Source: Candidatus Pacearchaeota archaeon (GTDB lineage Archaea > Nanobdellota > Nanobdellia > Pacearchaeales > GW2011-AR1). Taken from it: a stretch of DNA of 64,000 nt. Both the position numbers and the translations under genes were made by a program. The notes under the pieces were generated by a model. The model was given only the letters and a program-made list of their open reading frames with translations, ran no database searches and was not told where the DNA came from. The DNA lies in the NCBI GenBank assembly GCA_016188825.1, contig JACPHA010000005.1, positions 45 to 64,044 of the forward strand, given 5' to 3'. Shown here piece by piece: positions 60,399-64,000 of the stretch (the stretch's first letter is position 1; each line of letters starts with the position of its first letter).

Positions 60399-63344
60399 TT
60401 ATCCGTAAACATACTCAGTGCAAAATTCACAGTTTTTTTCTATTGGGCAGGTTTTAAAGCCAGAGTTGTAACATTGCAGAATTTGCTTTGCGGTTTCTAC
60501 AAGCTCTTTTTTTACTTCTTCTAATTGAAATGACATTCTTTTTGTGTTGATTTCTATTGCGGTGCCATCCTTTGTGAGTGCGAATTCTAAAGGATGATCA
60601 TGTTTTAACATGTCCAACGTTACCTTTTTTACCTTTCCGAATTTTTCGCAGGCAAGGGCATAGTAGCCCAATTGAAAATTCCTTTCTTTTGGATGTATTT
60701 GCGATTGGCCTGTTTTATAGTCTATTATTTCAATTCCGTCAGGATGGAAATCAATTCTGTCCGCGATGCCAAAGAAATTTAAGCCATCGATTTTCATAGA
60801 TAAACGCTCTTCTGTTTTTGAATTTTTGTTATATTTGTTTTTGTTTCTTTCAAAAAAAACTTTAAGAAGAAGCAGAGCTTCATTAAGGTCTAAGCCTCGC
60901 CATTCTTGTTTTAGAGATTCTTCTCTAGCGCACAATAAAAAGGTTTGTTCTGTGCTAAATCCTTCTTTAATTCCTTTTTCTATGATCTGGTGAACAAAAG
61001 AGCCCAGGAGCAGGGCTTCCCAAGATATGGGCTCTGTCTCAGGCATGTTTAATACATATTTATATTCATATTTTTTTCTGCATTCTATAAACAATCTTAG
61101 AGACGAGGGAGAGAAGGTGATCTCTTTTTCGTGTTGATTTTCTACGGAAAGACTTATTTCTTGGACATTTTTAGAATCTTGATATTTTTCTTCATTATCT
61201 TCTATGAATTCTATGTCAGGGTTGTTTTTATAGTTTGTTTCTACTAAGAATTGTGAAACCTCATGTTGTTTTTGATAATATTCTTTTGCGTATGTTGCGC
61301 ATAATTTTTCTTTTGCGCGAGTGAAAGCAACATAGCACAATCTTCTCTCGTCTCTGAGCTGGTTTTCTCTTTCGTATTCTTCAATTGCTTCTTCTATGAG
61401 ATAAGAGGGAATTTTTTTTATTTCTTCTTTTATTTCGGGAATTAACTCCACGGGAATCAAATAGGCTTTTTTAATCTTAAAAATTGGGAATTTTCTTTGA
61501 ACAAGATTTGCAACAATGACAACAGGATATTCAAGACCTTTTGTTGCGTGAGCAGTCATTATTTTTATTCCGTTGTTTTCGACTTTTGGAGCTTCTAGTT
61601 CCAACTCAAGCGCTTTCATTATTTCTATATGATAGAGTAAAGTTGGCAAATCGAAAAATTCCTCGTCATTATAATCCTTGATTACTTTTTTAAATTCTTC
61701 AAGAACCAATAAATTTTCCCTGCCTTCTTTTGTTTTTTCCAAGTCGGCTGCAGAAAATATTTTTGATAAGTCGTCAATTATTTCAGGAACAGTTTTATTT
61801 ACACTTTCATTAATTTTATTTATTTTTACTATTAAACCTTCGATTTTTAATTTACTCTCATGAGAAAAATTAAGCAAAAGAAGCTTTTCCATGAGCAATT
61901 TACTTGTATTTTCTTCATCTTTGCTTTTTTTGATAAGCTCGGCGATTGCAATTTGATCGTTTTTAGGCAATTCAAGATGGTTAATAATTTCCCACCAAGC
62001 ATTCGCAGAGCCTTTAGTTTTATTTTTTAAATTGTTTATTATTTTAAGGTAATTTATTATTTGTTTTATTATTTTATGTTTTAATAAAGGCTTTTTTGTT
62101 GTTGACTGATATTGTATTCCTTTTTGCTCGAGAGACTTTTTTAGCAAGTTTGCCTGTTGATGTGTTCTGAACATTACGCAAATATCCTCTGGTTTTTTAT
62201 TGCTAGATAATTCATGAGCTATGATTTCAATTATTTTTCTGACTTCTTCTTTTTCATTTTTTAACTCGTAAACCAGGATTTTATTTCCTTCGCGATTGTT
62301 AGCATTTCTGACTTCAAAATTTTCTGTTTTTTTACTATAATTGCTGCCTATTATTTGATGTGCCAATCTTAAAACTGTGTTTGGAGAACGATATGATTTA
62401 TCAAGAGCAAATATTTCTTTTTCGGAAACATTAAAAATCTTTTTGAAGTTTTCAAATGTTTCTTTGTATGCCCCTCTAAACCGATAGATTGATTGATTTA
62501 AATCTCCAACAATTGTTATATTTTTTTTATCTTTGGCAAGCACGGAAATAATTTCAAGCTGGATTTTATTTGTGTCTTGAAACTCATCAACAACAATATA
62601 TTTCCATTCTTTTGCTAACTGCGGATTTTCTTTTAATAAGGTTAGGGCATTTTTGTTCAAATCTGAATAGTCTTGAGAATTTTTTTTAATCTTTAATTTT
62701 TCGTAAGCCTTCCATGCGGTTAGAAATTTTTTTCTTCTTATAAAAGAGCCAAGGTTTTCAATTTTTTCCAGAAGATAATGTTTTTCTTCTCTAGAGGCTT
62801 TTTTTGTGTGCATAGTTCTTAGCTCAAACTGCGCTGATTCAAGTTCCTTTTCAATTTCGTTCGGCATTTTTTTTAATAAGTTATTAAGAAAAGATTCGTA
62901 TTCTTCTATTGTAATTCCTAGGTCTTTTGCTTTTCCTATTGCCGAAACATATTCTAAGCAGAGATGTGCGGGAATTTTTAAATTTTTATGGAGCATTATC
63001 ATTGCATCATCAGGAGTCAAGATTCTGAAATTGGGATTTATGTTTATTAATTGGCCGTATTTTTTCAGAATATCTGCGCATAGCGCATGAAAAGTTCTGA
63101 CAATTGGCTTGCTGTCAGGAAATTCAGAATCCCCCATAATTCTTGATTCCATAGCGAGAGCTGCCTCGTTTGAAAAAGTCAAGCAGACAATTTCCTCAGG
63201 CCGATAAATTTTATTTCTTATTAAATACCTGACTTTTTCTGTTATTGTTCTGGTTTTTCCTGTTCCTGCTCCGGCCAGGATTATACAAGGGCCGGTTGTT
63301 TTTTCAAGGATTTCATTTATGCTGTTAGTTTGTGAATTTTCCAT
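60399..63344 (-). CDS. UvrD/PcrA-family helicase fused to a C-terminal PD-(D/E)xK (Cas4/AddB-like) nuclease
   Basis: 981 aa. Walker A AGAGTGKT, motif II VVDEFQDTN, TAHATKGLEYPVV, YVAFTRAKEKL. C-terminal DRIDFHPDGIEIIDYKTGQ and QLGYYAL nuclease motifs. Cys at FIECRKKY plus CPIEKNCEFC suggests an Fe-S cluster. Confidence 0.85.
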   Translation of the reverse strand: MENSQTNSINEILEKTTGPCIILAGAGTGKTRTITEKVRYLIRNKIYRPEEIVCLTFSNEAALAMESRIMGDSEFPDSKPIVRTFHALCADILKKYGQLININPNFRILTPDDAMIMLHKNLKIPAHLCLEYVSAIGKAKDLGITIEEYESFLNNLLKKMPNEIEKELESAQFELRTMHTKKASREEKHYLLEKIENLGSFIRRKKFLTAWKAYEKLKIKKNSQDYSDLNKNALTLLKENPQLAKEWKYIVVDEFQDTNKIQLEIISVLAKDKKNITIVGDLNQSIYRFRGAYKETFENFKKIFNVSEKEIFALDKSYRSPNTVLRLAHQIIGSNYSKKTENFEVRNANNREGNKILVYELKNEKEEVRKIIEIIAHELSSNKKPEDICVMFRTHQQANLLKKSLEQKGIQYQSTTKKPLLKHKIIKQIINYLKIINNLKNKTKGSANAWWEIINHLELPKNDQIAIAELIKKSKDEENTSKLLMEKLLLLNFSHESKLKIEGLIVKINKINESVNKTVPEIIDDLSKIFSAADLEKTKEGRENLLVLEEFKKVIKDYNDEEFFDLPTLLYHIEIMKALELELEAPKVENNGIKIMTAHATKGLEYPVVIVANLVQRKFPIFKIKKAYLIPVELIPEIKEEIKKIPSYLIEEAIEEYERENQLRDERRLCYVAFTRAKEKLCATYAKEYYQKQHEVSQFLVETNYKNNPDIEFIEDNEEKYQDSKNVQEISLSVENQHEKEITFSPSSLRLFIECRKKYEYKYVLNMPETEPISWEALLLGSFVHQIIEKGIKEGFSTEQTFLLCAREESLKQEWRGLDLNEALLLLKVFFERNKNKYNKNSKTEERLSMKIDGLNFFGIADRIDFHPDGIEIIDYKTGQSQIHPKERNFQLGYYALACEKFGKVKKVTLDMLKHDHPLEFALTKDGTAIEINTKRMSFQLEEVKKELVETAKQILQCYNSGFKTCPIEKNCEFCTEYVYG

Positions 63345-63383
63345 TTTTCTATTTTTAGAATTAGAGGAAGGGAGTTTTAAATA

Positions 63384-64000
63384 TTATTCTACTTTTCTGA
63401 TTTCAAAACCATTAGGTTTGTCTTCAATTAAATATCCAAGGGATTTTATTTTTTCCCTGAGCATGTCAGCTTCTGCGAATTTTTTTTGTTTTCTTAATTC
63501 TTGGCGCCCTATTATTAGTTCTTTGATATATACAGGGAGTTTTGCTTTTTCTTCTTTGATTTTTTTTAGGCCAAGACCCAGAACAGAATCAAATTTTTCT
63601 ATCAGCTTTATTTTTAGTTTTGAATCAAAGTTTAGGTCGTCAACGACTTGCCAGAGAGTTTGAATAGCTTTCGGCGTGTTTAACTCGTCATTTATTGCTT
63701 CGAGGAAAGTTAGATTATAGTACTTTGTTTTGTCTTGGCCCTTAAGGCGTTCTTTTTTTATTTCTATAATTTTTCTTTTTAGTCTTTCATAAGTATTTTT
63801 TGCTGCTTCGAGGTTTTCAAATGTAAAATTCAATGGCTTTCTATAATGTGTGAGAAGACATAAATAGCGAAAGTGGAGCGGAGAAAAACCTTGCGATTTT
63901 ATTTCTTTTAATGTTAGTATGTTTCCTAGGGATTTTGACATTTTTCCCTCTTTCATATTTAAAAATTCTCCATGAATCCAAAAATTAACGAATTTTTTTC
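63384..64000 (-). CDS. cysS: Cysteine--tRNA ligase, C-terminal part (gene continues past the window end)
   Basis: The frame is open to nt 64000 (..FVNFWIHGEFLNMKEGKMSKSLGN). It has the KMSKS motif and the helical anticodon-binding tail. The ORF-track Met at 63956 is internal. Confidence 0.85.
   Translation of the reverse strand, partial: KKFVNFWIHGEFLNMKEGKMSKSLGNILTLKEIKSQGFSPLHFRYLCLLTHYRKPLNFTFENLEAAKNTYERLKRKIIEIKKERLKGQDKTKYYNLTFLEAINDELNTPKAIQTLWQVVDDLNFDSKLKIKLIEKFDSVLGLGLKKIKEEKAKLPVYIKELIIGRQELRKQKKFAEADMLREKIKSLGYLIEDKPNGFEIRKVE

Overview
AT-rich archaeal sequence. It encodes ribosomal protein L15e, the archaea-specific GatE and a Sec11/SipW-type signal peptidase. The compact genes and the mix of bacterial-type enzymes suggest a DPANN-like episymbiont, but that is inference. 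No rRNA, tRNA, CRISPR array or transposase was recognised.

Layout: two housekeeping flanks bracket a ~41 kb island (16.6-57.8 kb).
- Left flank (1-16.1 kb): XerA-like recombinase, type IA topoisomerase, L15e, MetRS, UppP, GatE, FabH-like enzyme, HemK-like methyltransferase, DUF1264 protein, AspRS, metallophosphoesterase.
- Right flank (58-64 kb): signal peptidase I, MntA with a decayed HepT, a Cys-rich secreted protein, a UvrD-type helicase-nuclease, and the 3' part of CysRS.
- Island: almost entirely secreted or membrane-anchored Asn-rich proteins, dense in N-x-S/T sequons, arranged as paralogous cassettes.

Most unusual content:
1. A duplicated three-gene cassette. Its large member (1,434 and 1,312 aa) has two TM helices, a ~1,150 aa ectodomain and a cytoplasmic C-terminal pair of sigma-70-region-4/LuxR-like HTH domains. 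The next gene is a free secreted copy of that protein's membrane-proximal ectodomain, and the two co-vary within each cassette.
2. A 4,462 aa N-terminally anchored protein built from six recombining beta-helix modules.
3. Patchwork blocks of 100% nucleotide identity shared among the three largest genes, indicating gene conversion.
4. Two families of conserved intergenic elements: a paired-hairpin repeat, and an ~80 bp element at a fixed distance upstream of two surface genes and the signal peptidase.
5. N-terminal motifs in three secreted proteins that resemble SipW/TasA-type signal peptides.

Also present: a VapBC-like pair embedded antisense in the island, and two decayed genes with in-frame stops.

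Limits: domain boundaries and percent identities are by-eye estimates. All family assignments come from motifs read in the translations, not from searches.
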